Source of the DNA: Callorhinchus milii
Taxonomy: Eukaryota
Direction: 5' to 3'
NCBI RefSeq assembly: GCF_018977255.1
Contig: NW_024704742.1
Coordinates: 104,906,001 to 104,970,000, forward strand
Length of the DNA: 64,000 nucleotides
Position numbers and translations under genes: made by a program. The notes beneath the pieces were generated by a model. The model saw only the letters and a program-made list of their open reading frames with translations. It ran no database searches and was not told the origin of the DNA. Positions 50,236 to 64,000 of this stretch are shown one piece after another (the first letter of the stretch is position 1; every line of letters begins with the position of its first letter).

Positions 50236-53026
50236 AGACGTGAAAGCCTGAATAGATCTGGGAGTAAGATTTGAGCCTTCTATTAGCAAGAGAAGACTGG
50301 ACTGAGATCTATAAACTGCCTGAATGCAAAATTTGATCTAACACAGCTTCCTAAAGAGATTTTCTGATAATTCTATCGACCTTGAAGGAAAAAGGTTGGT
50401 GGATTTACAGCAGAAATGATGGTAAATCCTCCGCCTCCCATCTCCAGGCATTCTGGCAAACTGTTTTTGAGGGGTTAAGTATTAATAACTGGCCTCTTAA
50501 CCATAATAGTTTACCACAATTCTGTCCAATGCCGATTCAGCCCGATTCAATTTTGTTGCATTAAAGTCAGGGTCAAGAAGAAATCATTTGCCATTGGTTA
50601 TTTATCACCCTAAAGATCAGCTTTGCTCAGTTGATAGCACTCTCTCTTCTGAATCAGATGTTGTGGGATCAAGCCGCATGTCGGAACTTTGAACTCAAAC
50701 ACCTAGGCTGACACTTCAATACAATGATGGGGTGTGCTGCAGTGTTGAAGGTGAGATCCTCCGGTGTTGTGGCCAACAGTTCCCCCAAGTAAAATTAGTC
50801 GTCTTCATGGCTGTTTGTATACAAATTTGTTGCTGCATTTGTCTACAAAATACAGTCACTCCACTTTACAGTATATTCTATGAAGTGCTTTGAGACTTTG
50901 TCCTGATGTGAAAGGCATTATAATCAAATGTAAGGATTATGATTATTAAATTATTATTATTATCAAGCAGGGAAAGTTTTGCACCAACTCAGTGCAAAAA
51001 CATCCCCAGAAACCTTACTAAAAATGACTAAAAAAATGAGAAAGCCTATACTTCTCCTCCAATTCCTTTCACTGAATTTGCCCTATATGACTTAAATGTC
51101 CTCAGGGAGATGAACAGGTACAGGCAAAAAACAATCAGAGAAACAGCAATGCAAAATTTCCTCCCCGCCCCCCACCCCAAGTTAAACAAATGAAATTCCA
51201 GAATTTTATTCAAATGGTACACAAATTATTTCGGTCACATTCCCCCAGTCACTGCAGCAAAAATGTTCTGGAATAGAGTGCACATTCTCGCCCTGCTCAG
51301 AGACTAGTCTGTCTCTCCAAGTTCTGCCAAGTGCGTTACCTTGGAGCCAGTTCAACGCCAAGGAGACCCCGCTTATGTTCTTCCCTCCCTCCCCAGGGGA
51401 TAGATCACTAGTTGGTCATTTGACAACTGATACATGCAGGTTTGAGCCTTCACCAGATGGAGAACATGTACCAGGAACTCTCTATAAGCTTCCTGATGAG
51501 CAGCACAGTTCAGCTTAATAGGGTTATGTGGCTACAATTACTGTGCAGCATACAATCCTGTCTAGTGGATCACAATATTTGCTTTCAGAATTAATGTAAG
51601 CTGTTTAAGTAACCAGGCCTATTATTGCGATACTGTTTACCAGGAAGCTTGCAGGGATTTTTCCCGCTCAGCTTCTGTGAGAATTGCAAACCAAGGTCTT
51701 AATCATTCTGTGATGATCTCAATTGCAAGCTATGCAGTTTTGGCCGGTTAAATTCCAGCAGTATCCCAATAAATACTCTGGGGACCACAAGCCTCAGCTC
51801 TTCCAAACTTGCAACTAATAGTCTTTAAAATTAGGTAAGTAGAGTACGTCCTTCCAGAAAGAGTGCACACTCCATTCCAGATACAGAAACATTTCCACAT
51901 ATAGGTGGCACATATATGTGGAACTCTCAGTCTGGTTTAGATACTCTTAAGCATGGTGATGGGTGTCATGGAAGTAAAATGAAGAGCTGATTTGGTTCTC
52001 CCCAAGGTTGGTTGATGCTAACCGTGACCAAAAAATCCAAGTGAAGGTTTTGAAATGTTTATGAAGAAAATAGTCAAAATTATGAAAGGAAAATGCACAC
52101 AGTCATGCAAGGATAACTCTAATAAAAAATAACGAAACTTAAATAACTCTAAGTTGCTCAGATTCATGACTGACATTTTGAATTCACTGTTGATCGTAAA
52201 TAACAGCCTCTGTAATTATGGTAGATTTTTGCCAGAGCTCTTGAAGCATGTTGTACCTGTGCATACTTGCTATTCAATTGTTTGTTCCCTCATTTTATAT
52301 CTATTGTGATTTCTGAAAAATGCATTTTAAAAACCTGTTGAAGCCTGTGGCAACTTAAACAGAATTGAATGAATTCTGCTCCTTGCAGTTTCAGATCATC
52401 AAATGCTCATCAGTCATCATCAACCACTACTCATTGCATTTCATATGGAGCCTGAACACGATTGGCGCTTATCTGTCATTTGATATAGTGTCCTGGTTGT
52501 TGACTGTTCAGCGCCTTGGGACGTCCTCCCGACGTGAAATGCGCTTTACAAATGTAATTTTGTTGTTATCAGGTTTTGAGGTGTCTCAAGGCGCTTCACA
52601 CAATATACATCAAATACACAGCAGAGTGGAGGATCAACCTGTTTCGTCCACAAAATATAGTCAATTCACTTTACAGTATATTCCATGAAGTGCTTTGAGA
52701 CATCTCGAAGACATAAGGCACTATAGCAAATGCAAGGATTATTATTATTATGTTCCATCACACCAAACATGCTTGTGCTCAATTCACAATAACACTGATT
52801 TCCATGTGTGCGTGTGGAACGAAGGTGTGTTACTAAACTGATAAATACTGCGCAAATAGTTTTCTGTAATTTCTCAATTGTGGTGACGTGAAACACTCTA
52901 TACAAATGTAATTTTGTTAAAGTAAAATTCTCTCTAAAATATACTTCCTCCACAGGACCCAACTTTTAAAATCAGATAGCTCTGGAATATTACTTATCTA
53001 CAGAATTTTTTACATTTATACATTGA

Positions 53027-53775
53027 CGACAACAACAACTAGCATTTATATAGCGCCCTTTATACCGGATGGCGTCTCAGAAAGCTTACTTTAAACAGTG
53101 AGGGATGGAGATCCAGAGGCTGGGGGAAGAATGGCAGAAGGTCCGTCTGCTAACGGTTGGGAGGGCGAGGCGGGGGAACGGGAAGCAGGCCAGAGCCCAC
53201 TGAGAGGAGGGAGCGAGCAGGTTGGTAGGGGGTTTAAAGGTTGCAGAAGTAGGGGTCAGCGAGGCCATGGAGTGCTTTGAAGGTGAGGATCAAGATCTTG
53301 AACTGTATCCTCTGTGTGATGGGAAGCCAGTGGAGTCGAGCGAGTATGGGAGTGATAGGGTCACGGAGCCTAGTGCGGGAGAAGACAGACTGCACAGTTC
53401 TGGATGATCTGCAGCCTATGGAGGGAAGGAGTTGGGGAGGCCGACAAGCAGTGAGTTTGCATAGTCGAGCCTCGATGTTATCAATGCGTGTATGAGGGTT
53501 TCAGTGGCCTGCGGTGCGAGTTGCGGAGATGGGGGAAGGCAGAGCGGGTCATGGCCCAGATGTGGGGTAGAAAAGATAGTTGAGGGTCAAACAAGACCCC
53601 AAGGTTCTGGACTGGCTTAGTAAGGTGGAGTGTGCACCATGGATGGTGATGCTGTCAGTGCCTGAGGTGTGGAGGCGCTGACGGGAGCCAATCAGGAGGG
53701 CCTCGGTCTTGTTGACGTTCAACTGTAGAAAGTTAGTTCTCATCCAGGACTTGATGTCTGACAGACATTCTGTCT
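53027..53775 (-). mobile_element. L2 3' fragment
   Basis: [24 protein letters not shown]; family-B-like tail at 53027-53085. Confidence 0.85.
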
Positions 53776-54544
53776 GATATTTTAGAACAATCTAAAAACA
53801 AGAACCAGTCCAGTAGCCTTCCTTTAAGATGTGACAAAAGTACTTTTAGTAGCACATCTAAGTAAAACCCAAACCACCTCTGCCTTCCGCTTCCTCTTAG
53901 CAGCTTAATTTCACATCAAACTGGTTAAAATATCATTTTGTGTCTCAAAATGGACCATTACATGACAAATAATTGCCTGATTTTATCATAATACTTTGCA
54001 TACACAGAAAATTCAAAACCAGCAAGTCAACTGTATTCGAGATGTAATTTGATGAAAAGCTAAGCCCTAATGCTAGTGATCAGACAACTACATTTCAGTT
54101 CTTCCTACAATGGAATCTTTGTTTTCTGTGCTGATTGGATACTTTCCCAATTCTCCACCATATTTCTGACGGCAGGAATGGACAAGGCACAGGAGGTTTG
54201 TCATCAGATCAGCAGCCAGGGTTAGAGTAAGAATAGGAGCAGAAGAAAAGAAATGTAGTATGAAAGTAAGTGAAGATTTACAATATTGATTCATCATCAA
54301 CAGAAATTGAGAGCGTTAGTTCTATAAATGCTTCAATTTCAGCAGCTTCTATTTAGCTTGCATTGCAATTTCTGTACTCAGATTATTAGGATGATGTATT
54401 AAAAATAAGAACGGTTTCTACTTTTTTCCCCAACTACAGGACATTTTCGAGCAGTGTGATTAAGAACCTCATTACTAATATAAGTCATGCCAATGATTTC
54501 TCATTTGAACAGCACATTACACCAAATCAGACATTTTTTTCTTA

Positions 54545-54636
54545 AAACTTGATTATCGGTCAATTTCAATTATCCAATGGGAAGAGAGTGATGGGGAATT
54601 TACCCTCCATTATGGTGGATAATCGAGATTCCACTG
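54545..54636. mobile_element. Second copy of the small MITE (left end missing)
   Basis: aaacttgattat.gg.caatttcaattatcca shared with the 59556 copy; right end ggataatcgagattccactg|ta. Confidence 0.55.
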
Positions 54637-57607
54637 TAATTGAGCAGATTATATGACCATTTTTCACACGCTCGCTTCCAGGTTATATTAAATTGATTAG
54701 TTTTTGGACATTTTGTATCTGTACCAACTCCATTCTAGCCAAACAGTGTATTTCCTGATAGCAATACATCCACCTAATACACAACCCACTCAATCAGGTG
54801 GCATTTTGGCTAATAATGCCTATGGCCTTGCGATCACATTCTTTTCCTCTGTCAGTTCCTATAGCTGTGTTCCAATTTCTACTCCTAAATATAGATTCTT
54901 CTGTACATAGCTACAGTCATCTCAGCTTTGGCTTTCTAAAAGGCCTTTTCTCACATGTAACCCATTCCTTTGCCTTTTAAGAATACCAAACAGTAATACC
55001 GGTCATGTCCCTGTCAATCACAATCAGCACAATACTAAAGTGGAATTAGCCTCACACTGACCTTGTGCCATACACATATTGCAGTTCTCTGAGGGGTGCA
55101 TCTTTTTGTGGACAAAATGTATAAGGAAATATCTCTCTTGGATGAGAATTAATGCAATTATCTCTGCTAATTGCCCCTGAGCTGAGATTAGAATTTAAAC
55201 ACATCTACTCTGTGTGAAAATTTATTTCAAGAAGAAAATAGAAAACTGCCAACTCTTTGCAGCAAAAATATAGTATATTATGTAGCCATTGTGGATTATT
55301 GAATTGAGTATGTGGAAGAATGTCTCATGCACAGTTGATGACAAAGTCTGACTGTTACTATCCTGAATTCTGCCTTATTAGTTGTAGTCATCACCATGTC
55401 AAACATAAAAGAGATGCCTTGATCTAACTTTCCTTTTGATCCTTAATCTTTTTGGTGATGACATGAGTCATGTTAATTTTGCCACTAACATAGAAACTCA
55501 CAGCACAGAAGGCCACTTAGCCAATCATGGTTATGCTGACTCTCAGAAAAAGCCAGCCATTTAACAATTATGCACATGTTTATCGAGAGAGTCTGATGAA
55601 TCTTAAAGAAGGCAGAGGAGCTGCAGTACTGTTCCAAGTAACCAGAGTATTCTTGTTGTCAGAATCATTCTCCCACCAAAGGAATAACAGCACTGTACAA
55701 TACACTGCGTTTCCTAATTTGTTCAATTCGTATCTACAATTCTGAATATACCCATTCTTTGACTGACACACAGTGTATTATGTTTTATCCCAAGTTTAAC
55801 CGTTTTTCAGTTGTACACTCAGTGCAACATTTTACTATTCCAGGGCATGGTTTCCTCGTCCGACAGGTGCCAGAGAGGGACATACACTGATCAGCATCCT
55901 TTGAAGTAGTCATCAAGGATAGTCACAAATCTGTGCAAGGGTTAGAACTCTGTTTTCTCAGGACACCTGTCAGATGACAGAATTTCAGCAGCAGCTCAAA
56001 TTTGTTTTGAAATATGAATATTTCATTATGCAAACTGGAACGAATAGAAAATCATTAAACACTAAAGAGCCAGTCTGCACTTGGCAAGATCCCACAGTAA
56101 TGAAATGAATGTCCAATTAATATGGAAAATTATTGGCCAAGACACCTGGAGAAACTCATTTTTCTTTTCATCTTTGCCTCCAATCCCAACATAGGACTAG
56201 AACTCACAATCTTCTGACCTATAGGCGAGAGCATTACCAAATGAGGCAGGTAGATACCTTAAAAAAAAGTGGTTAATGCCCAAGACTAGCAAATTGAGCA
56301 GTATTTATAGAGGAAGTGGGTAACCCGAATGGTATTTCCTTGCACAATAAATTATTTTTCTTCGATGCAAAACTCCATGAAACATTTGATTGTTCAGAAT
56401 GCTTATTTCAGGTAAAGCAATCTTTTATCTTAGAAATGTCCTTGGTAAAATAAATTAACAAGTTATGATACAGCTGAGTTTCTGCTTTCAAGTTTAACTA
56501 ATTGATCCATGTGCCAAAAGTAAATAGCCAGAGATTTCTGCTTCTTTCCCATGTATCAAAGCTTTCCCTTATCTGTTTTTAGCACATTTCCTCTCTTTCA
56601 TTGGAAAATGAAGTGTAAGCAGTTTAATTCATTATAAAGTGGTGACTCTTTGGTGGCTATCTTGGAATTTTAAACACAGATGGACATAATTGAGTTTTAA
56701 TCATCCTTGTTGAATGCTTCATAATCTTATGTCAGTAATCCAGCTTTATATTTCAGGCCTTTCCCATCTCAATTCTAAATTACTTTTGGTGATGATCTTA
56801 CTGTTTCAAATTTAAATTCATTGCAGACAACAATCGGCATGATTCACAGACACAAAGCTATGTCACTGATATCTATTTTATAGATTATTGTTTCCTTCTA
56901 TACAATTTGTCCTCCGTTTCAAAGATGTTAAACCAACGTGTGCTAAGTAGCACGTAAAAATAATTTAACAATGGGATTAATTTAGTGATACATTCAATAT
57001 TTATTGCATTGAATGTTCCCTGCCTAGCTAGACCCCTCTCTATGCAATTTTCGATGGTGACCATGAAGCCATATCAACAGCATTCAACTACTGGTAAGCA
57101 AGATAACAGCTTTTTAGTAATTATAATAACTCAAATTAGCCAGTATTCTGCTAACCAGCATTCAAAAACAAATTCAGTGAAACAGGGGTCCAAAGCCATG
57201 GACTCAGTGTCACAATCATTATAATTGAGAAATGCAGCGCAGGGGATGGGCGGAGAGAACGGAGGTATGTTCATCTCCAATACAACAAGGAAGCATTCAA
57301 AAAAAAACAATATTTAATGCATCACTAAACTGACTCCAATGGGTTGTTCTAGGATGCACAGAACAAATTAATTCCTAGGATAAGACAGTACTAAACTTAT
57401 AACATCCTCCTGTAGCTTATATCCTATTATACTTCACCTACAATTTTTTGAAATTGTGCTGAACATATTCAATTGAAACTGCACTGCACCTTTGTATTTT
57501 CCTTTGAACTGGGATCATTTCTGTTCAAATTTCTTTTAAATTATTTAAATTAAGTCAAACAGGAAGTTGGCTATATTGCTAAATCAGTTGAGTTCAGATC
57601 CCCAGGT

Positions 57608-58000
57608 TCTCACCTTCAAAGCCCTCCATGCCCTCTATGACCCTACCTCTGTGACCTCTTAACTCCCGAACAACCTGTCCACTCCCTCCGCTGAGCCTGC
57701 TCTGGCCTGAATCATGTCCCCAACCATGCCTGTCCCATCATCAACAGTTGGGCCCTCAGCCTCTCTGCCTCCACCCTCTGGAACTCCATCCCACAGTCCC
57801 TCTGCCACGCCCCTCCCTTGCCTCCTTCAAGGCCCGTCTCAAGGCTCTCCTCTTCGACCGTGCCTTCGGTCACCCACTTACCCTTACACTCCCCACCCCA
57901 CTTGATCCCAACCACCAGCTCAGGTACGATCCCTGACTGTCCAGTGCCTTGGGACGTCCTCCTGATGTGAAAGGTGCAATACAAATGTAATCTGTTGTTG
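57608..58000 (+). mobile_element. L2 3' fragment (family A tail)
   Basis: ctcaccttcaaagccctccatg ... gccttgggacgtcctcctgatgtgaaaggtgc...aatgtaatctgttgttg. Confidence 0.85.
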
Positions 58001-58444
58001 TCAAACTCAATATGTAGAGCTCTGGTCAGGCAACATAAGAGGGCTGCCCAGGCCTTGAGGCAGGACGGAAGAAAGCAATGATTTTGATCCTCAGTGTCAG
58101 AGAAATGAGCTTTGAACAACGATTAGACAAGCTAATACTCTTCAGTCTTGAAAGGAGACATCTCAGATGGACATTAAAGTATATAAAATTTTAAATGGAA
58201 TTGCAAAAGACCAGAACTCAGGACAATACTACTGGATGAAACAAAATAGAATTTGAGGACAAAAGTTTGAAGTTGCAAAGGGAAACTTCAGGATGGATAC
58301 TAAGAAGTATTTCTTTACCAAGAGAATAATTAACAACAGGAACAGTTTGTCAGGAGTTATCTTTAGCCTCCATGATCCTACTGTATGTAAGAGAATTGGG
58401 CTGAACAGTGGCTGGTCAAGTTTAATGAAGGAAAATTTGAGGTG

Positions 58445-59205
58445 ATTCATTTTTGCAAAGAAAATTAAGGATGGGAATATATATTAAATGGCAACACCTT
58501 ACAAGGAGCAAATGGGCTTGGGAGTGAAGGTGCATAAGTCTTTGAAAGTGTCAGCGCCAGTGGAAAGGGCTGTGAAAAAAGCTAATGATATTCTAGATTT
58601 TATAAGTAGGAGCATAGAGTACAAAAGTAAAGCAATAAATTAAGTTGTACAAATGATTGGTTACACTGGAGTACTGTCTTCAGTTTTGAGCACCTCATTT
58701 CAGGAAGAATGTTAAAGCCTTGGAAGAGGTTCAAAGGAGGATTACGAGAATGATACTATGGATGAAGCGTTCTAGAAATGAGGAATGAAGAAAATTGGGT
58801 CTGTTTTCATTGAAGCAGAGAAGGTTGAGAGGGGACCTGATAGAGGTGTGCAAAATTATGTGGGATTTGACAGGGTGAATAAGGAGAAACTATTTATATT
58901 CGTAGTGGTGCAATGATTTCGGGACTGTTATAAGATAACCACAAAAAGAACTTAGGATTTTTTTTTCCCCCCACACAGAGAGTTGTTGGGATGTGGAATA
59001 CTATGCCAAGTAAGGTGGTAAACACAGAATTAATGGGAGGCTCTCAAAGGGAAGTAGACGGATATATGCAAGTTAGTGTCTTGAAGGTGTCTGGTGATAG
59101 AGCAGGGCAGTCGGATTTAAAGTACAGCTTGCTCTGTGGGCTGGTGCCAAGTCAATGGGCCGAATGCCTCCATCTGCGCTGTAAATTTCTGTATCTGTAC
59201 TCTGC
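58445..59205 (+). mobile_element. CR1 3' fragment
   Basis: LGVKVHKSLK, LEYCLQF.APHFRK, RLRGDLIEV, RVVGMWNTMP; 3'UTR atgggccgaatgcctcc. Confidence 0.85.
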
Positions 59206-59555
59206 ATTGTAATGTGCTGTTCTGGCGGGGAAAATAGAAAGCAGCAGCTGAATCTAGTCAGATTTCTTCTGAGTCAATGATGCAACCAAAATAAAAAAAT
59301 AGCAACTGAGCTTCCCAAATAGACAGCAATCTGCAATGCCAGTTTGGAAATGTTTAGGGAAATACATTATGTAACCTGATTAGCGAGGAGCATTGGTCAT
59401 CAGGGAGGTAAGGAGAACAGGAGGCGTGAGTCTTATTTAAAAATTTTAAGCTGAAACCCACACAGCAGCTCTACACATCAGGTCTTTGCCACAGGCTTAA
59501 TAAGAATACCAAAGATAAATGTAGCTTAATCGTTTTTATTATGCCTTTTAATATG

Positions 59556-59638
59556 CAGTGGAAACTTGATTATGGGGCAATTTCAATTATCCACCAACAG
59601 TGTCCCCTCCATTTTTGTGGACAATCAAGGCTCTACTG
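59556..59638. mobile_element. 83-bp Tc1/mariner(pogo/Tigger)-like MITE
   Basis: Imperfect TIRs cagtggaaacttgattat / acaatcaaggctctactg, followed by TA; second copy at 54545-54636. Confidence 0.55.
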
Positions 59639-61537
59639 TATCTGAGAATTACATTTAAATATTAGGCTCTATGACTCATCCTTTCTCGTTTCGCTCTCAA
59701 AATACAGTTGATCCACTTTATAGTATATCATGCAAAGTGCTTTGAGAATTCTCGACAACATGATAAGGCTCTCTATCAAATACAAGGATAATCATATGTA
59801 GTTTTGTCTTAGCTCCTCTATTTTCCACACCCTAAACAGCTGTAATGCCATTATCTTAATAGGTAAAAGTAATTGACCTCGTGGCATCTCCCTTATCTCT
59901 GTATCAGACAACGTTAAGGTTGCAAAGTCAAATTTCCTTTAGGTCACTTTTGTTCTTTTTATGCATTATAAAATTTATAAAAAGTTTCGCCCACAAACTA
60001 TACAGTCGATTCACTTTACAGTTATTCTGTGAAGCGCTTTGAGACTTCTCAAAGACGTGATAAGGCACTATATATAATGCAAGGATTATTATGAACTACA
60101 GTACTTCCAATCAATTTGGAAGTCCACAGAATCCCACAACAATAACAACAACTTGGATTTATATAGTGCCCTCCACGCCAGATAACATCTCAGAGCGCTC
60201 AGGTTCATTTGGTAGAATTCACTGGATTCAGGGGAGCGAAGAAAATTGACAGTAACTGATAAATAGTTAATGGCTTTCAAACAGTGAACATCTTTACCTC
60301 TATTACCTTAAGAACATAAAAATTTTGTAGGCGAAAGAAGACCAAGGTTCATCCAGTTCGCCTTCCACCATCCTGGCAGTTGCTTAGCATATTGTGTCCC
60401 AAACTATAAAATAATAATCCTTGCATTTGATATAGCGCCTTATCACGTCTTTGAGATGTCTCAAAGCACTTCATAGAATATACTGTAAAGTGAATTGTCT
60501 ATATTTTGTGGGCAAAGCTATATATAGTATATAACTATATATAAATCCTGGTAATTTCCCATGTCCTGCCTTCACAATTCGGGTGGATAATTGGGGAGAC
60601 AAATAACCAAAGTATGGAATAATCAAAGATTCCCTGTATTCAGTTTATAGAGATTCTTGGTTAGCTCTAGATGATACATTTCTACTGCTCTACAGAGTCG
60701 GGCTGTTTTACAAACAAACTCTTTGTGCACTTTAGAATAAAAACTGAGAACTATTTACTATTGTTGACCTATTTGAAAATAACAGACTTGATTTCTATAA
60801 TAAAGACATCATATAAATTTGTTCTTCGCTTAATTGTCCTTCAATTATCCTCGCTCGAGCACTCTCCGAAGCTCTTATCATCCACTCTATAATGTTAAAA
60901 TCCTATATACGCATTCAATGTTTTGCAGCTCATTCCATTGATGATGTCATAGCCTTAATCTCAGCCATTTCTCTGACATTACCGGCGTTCCAACAGGACA
61001 GTTCAGAAAGCCAAGTGAGCAATTTTGCCAGAGAAAATGTTATCCAGTAGCAATAGAGAAGCCAGGGTTATTCACACTGTGATCTGCAGAGTTTGTCTGT
61101 GGAGGTCAGCAACACTAATCTGGCGAGGAGGGGAAGACAGAAAATACTAGCGTTGTGCACTGATCTAACTTCTAAATGATCAAAACTTTTTTTTAAATTA
61201 TCTTCGTACCCACAAAGAACACGTATTTGAAAGGACCTTATCACAGTTTTGTATATTTTTCAGGTTTCAGCTTATTAACTGCTAGCACTTTTCAGCTGTA
61301 CCAAGGTCATTCCTCTAAAGCTTGTGTGGTATATATTTACCTCCCACTGGTGTAAGAGACAAGCTCTGACCTCGGCCAATAAAAAAGTGTGGAAATGATA
61401 AAAACTAAACATGAGGAAATAACACATACTAAGCATGCAAAAAAAATTAATTGCTTCTTTAACAAAAACTAGGTGACCTTATTTTTTGGTGGACAGGGGA
61501 CACCAGCGAGGGCATAGGAGCTCTCAGGGCCCAGCCC

Positions 61538-61948
61538 CACACACAGACCCAGACAGACACACACACACACTCAGAGAGAGACACACACATTCACAGACAC
61601 AGAGGAGACACACACACACTCACAGACAGAGACATACATACTCAGAGACACACATACACAGAGACAGACACAAACTTACACAGACAGAGATACATACTCA
61701 AAAACAGAGACACACACTCACTGACACAGAGAGATACAATCTCAGACACAGAGACATACACACTCACAGACACAGAAAGACGCACACACACACACAGAAA
61801 CACTTGCAAACCATAAAAAAGTGGACACGGGCACACCCTCAAATACATAGAGGAGAGGGAGACACAGACATACTCACACAAACACTCACAGACAGACAGA
61901 GAGAGAGAGAGACACACACCCAGAGACATATACAGACAATCACACAGC
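61538..61948. repeat. Degenerate (CA)n/(GA)n/(CAGA)n microsatellite tract
   Basis: ~400 nt of cacacacagagacacac-type units. Confidence 0.95.
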
Positions 61949-62040
61949 GAGTGAAGTCCATTTGCGTCACACCAGGCATGCTTGCCCAGAGCCGCCCAAC
62001 ATTGACTTCAGGTAAACAGCCGGGAGGCTTGCGGGCCAGA

Positions 62041-62825
62041 TACAACAACAAGATTACATTTGTATAGCGCCTTTCTTATCGGGAGGACGTCCCAAGGCAC
62101 TGGACAGTGTACAGCATTTCAGACCTGAGCTGGGGTCAGGGGGGAGGGAATGGAGGGGAGTGGCCAATGACATGGTCGAAGAGGAGGATTTTGAGGCGGG
62201 ACTTGAAGGAGGCTAAGGAGGGGCTGAGGCGGAGTGACTGGGGGATGGAATTCCAGAGGGTGGGGGCAGAGTGGCTGAAGGCTCTCCCGCCAATGGTGGG
62301 GTGGGTGGGTTGGAGGACATGGAGCAGGCCAGAGCCGGCTGAGCGGAGGGAACGGGCAGATTGGCAGGGGGTTAGGAGGTCATGGAGCGAGGCCATGGAG
62401 GGCTTTTATGTGAGGACCAGGATTTTGAACTGGATCCTCTGAAGGATAGGGAGCCAATGGAGTTGGGTGAGAGTGGGGGAGATGGGGTCACGGAGTTTGG
62501 TGCGGGAGAGGACACGGGCTGCAGAGTTCTGGATTATCTGCAGCCTGTGGAGGGAGGAGTTGGGAAGGCTGACAAGCAGGGCATTTTCATAGTTGACCCT
62601 GGAGGTGATGAAGGCATGAACAAGAGTTTCAGTGGCCTGAGGAGTGAGGTAGTGGCGGAGTCGGGCGATGTTACAGAGGTGAAGGAAGGCAGAGCGGGTC
62701 ATGGCTTGAATGTGGGGGAGAAAAGACAGTTGAGGGTCGAACAAGACACCCAGGTTCCTGACTGGCTGGTGAGTTGTACTGTGCAACCATGGAGGTTGAT
62801 GCTGCCAGAGCCTGAGGTGCTGACA
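62041..62825 (-). mobile_element. L2 3' fragment, same subfamily as 8690-9785
   Basis: ORF 62406-62876 [14 protein letters not shown]...ETLVHAFITSR...LHWLPI; family A tail. Confidence 0.9.
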
Positions 62826-63619
62826 TTGATAGCCGGTTTGTAGCGGATGAGATATTTGTTGAGGATTCCATGGCAAAAGTGCGGTTGCATGTTTATATTG
62901 GCCCAGGCTCTGACTAGTCTAAAATATGCAATCGCAAACCAGGTTTGACAGTCTCATCCTTACGAGGTAAAAAAAATCAATTACATAGATCCAGGGTTTT
63001 GCAATTACAATACAGTAATTTATTAATTAAATAATTAATTAATAAACAACCACAAGTTACATTTGTATAGCAGCCTTCACATCAGGAGGGCATCCAAAGG
63101 CACTGGACAGTCAAAAATATATTTGTATTACATTTTATCTTTAACCAAAAAATATATATATACACAAAAAATATACGTGCACAGAATCTTAATTAAATAT
63201 ATAAAATACAATTAAATAAATTAAAAAATCTTACTACCACAAAAACGTTTTTAGAATGTGTTCGTCTTGGTATCTTTGAAATATAGGCTTCCTCTCAGGT
63301 TGCTCTCTCTCTCTCTGTGCAGACTTGTTGTATATTCCTCCCCATTCCCAATTAAATGCTTCCTTTGCACAGGTTTCATATGCTCAATAGATACTGCTTC
63401 TTACAACTTTAATCATTTTTAAGTGCGTTAGTCTGGTTTGGTTGGTAGCGTTCTCGCCTTTAGTCAGAAGGTTATGGAATCAAGCCCTAAATCAGCACTT
63501 AAGATCCCATATCGTCGATGCTGATGCTCCAGTGCAATGCTGGGCGTGTGCTGTATTGTCAGAGCTTTGGAAGAGATGTTAAGGTGAATACCCATCTGCA
63601 TCTTCAAGTGCATATTACA

Positions 63620-64000
63620 ACTCTGCAGCTTGTGTCCTCTCCTGCAACAGACTCCGTGACCCCATCACCCCACCCTCGCCCGGCTCCACTGGCTCCCCAT
63701 CCCTCAGAGGATAGATTTCAAAATTCTCGTCCTCACCTTCAAGGCCCTCCACAGCCTTGCCCCGTCCTACCTCTGTGACCTGCTAACCCCCTACCTGTCC
63801 ACTCCCTCCGTTCAACAGGCTCTGGCCTGCTCCGTGTCTCCCACCCAGCTCGCCCTACCATCAGCGGCCGGAGTTTCAGCCTCCCTGCCCCCATCCTTTG
63901 GAACACCATCCCGCAGTCCCTTCGCCTTGCTCCTTCCCTTGTCTCCTTCAAGGTACAACTCAAGACCCTCCTTTTCGACCATGCCTTCAGCCGCCCTCCT
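63620..64000 (+). mobile_element. L2 3' fragment running off the window end
   Basis: LHWLPIPQRIDFKILVLTFKALH, GGRSFS, FKVQLKTLLFD. Confidence 0.85.

Noticed and set aside
61486..62067. 193-aa His/Thr/Arg-rich ORF
   Set aside because: Translation of the CA/GA microsatellite.
42610..64000. Expected upstream MAN2A1 exon with the PHSHNDP motif
   Set aside because: Not found by eye on the minus strand; it probably lies beyond the window (intron >21 kb), though a spliced alignment is needed to be sure.
1..64000. CRISPR-like arrays, operons or a novel enzyme system
   Set aside because: The recurrent palindromic ~35-nt motifs are dispersed L2/SINE 3' tails, not regularly spaced repeats, and the RT/endonuclease motifs belong to decayed LINEs.

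Overview
Vertebrate nuclear DNA, most likely from a cartilaginous fish (inferred from the L2/CR1/DeuSINE repeat landscape, not proven). The only host gene is an internal part of Golgi alpha-mannosidase II (GH38, best read as MAN2A1) on the minus strand. Seven GT-AG exons (42609-42438, 25453-25326, 20528-20355, 13511-13325, 7579-7402, 4114-3918, 703-518) splice in frame and carry the WAIDPFGH nucleophile, PLGDDF and HHD motifs. The rest is intron, filled with decayed L2 and CR1 LINEs, tRNA-derived SINEs sharing the L2 3' hairpin, older SINEs, small MITE-like elements and microsatellites. Almost all long ORFs in the track are LINE remnants or their antisense frames. I found no new protein-coding system. 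The most notable signals are: templated filler DNA at the 5' junctions of several L2/SINE insertions (including a perfect 21-nt inverted copy from 1.6 kb away); compensatory covariation and an apparent loop switch in the shared L2/SINE 3' hairpin; a near-complete ORF1-less L2; a three-layer nest whose host carries half a hammerhead-like motif; a divergent RT remnant unlike the local CR1/L2; and a strong intronic CTCF motif. Repeat boundaries were set by eye and are approximate.
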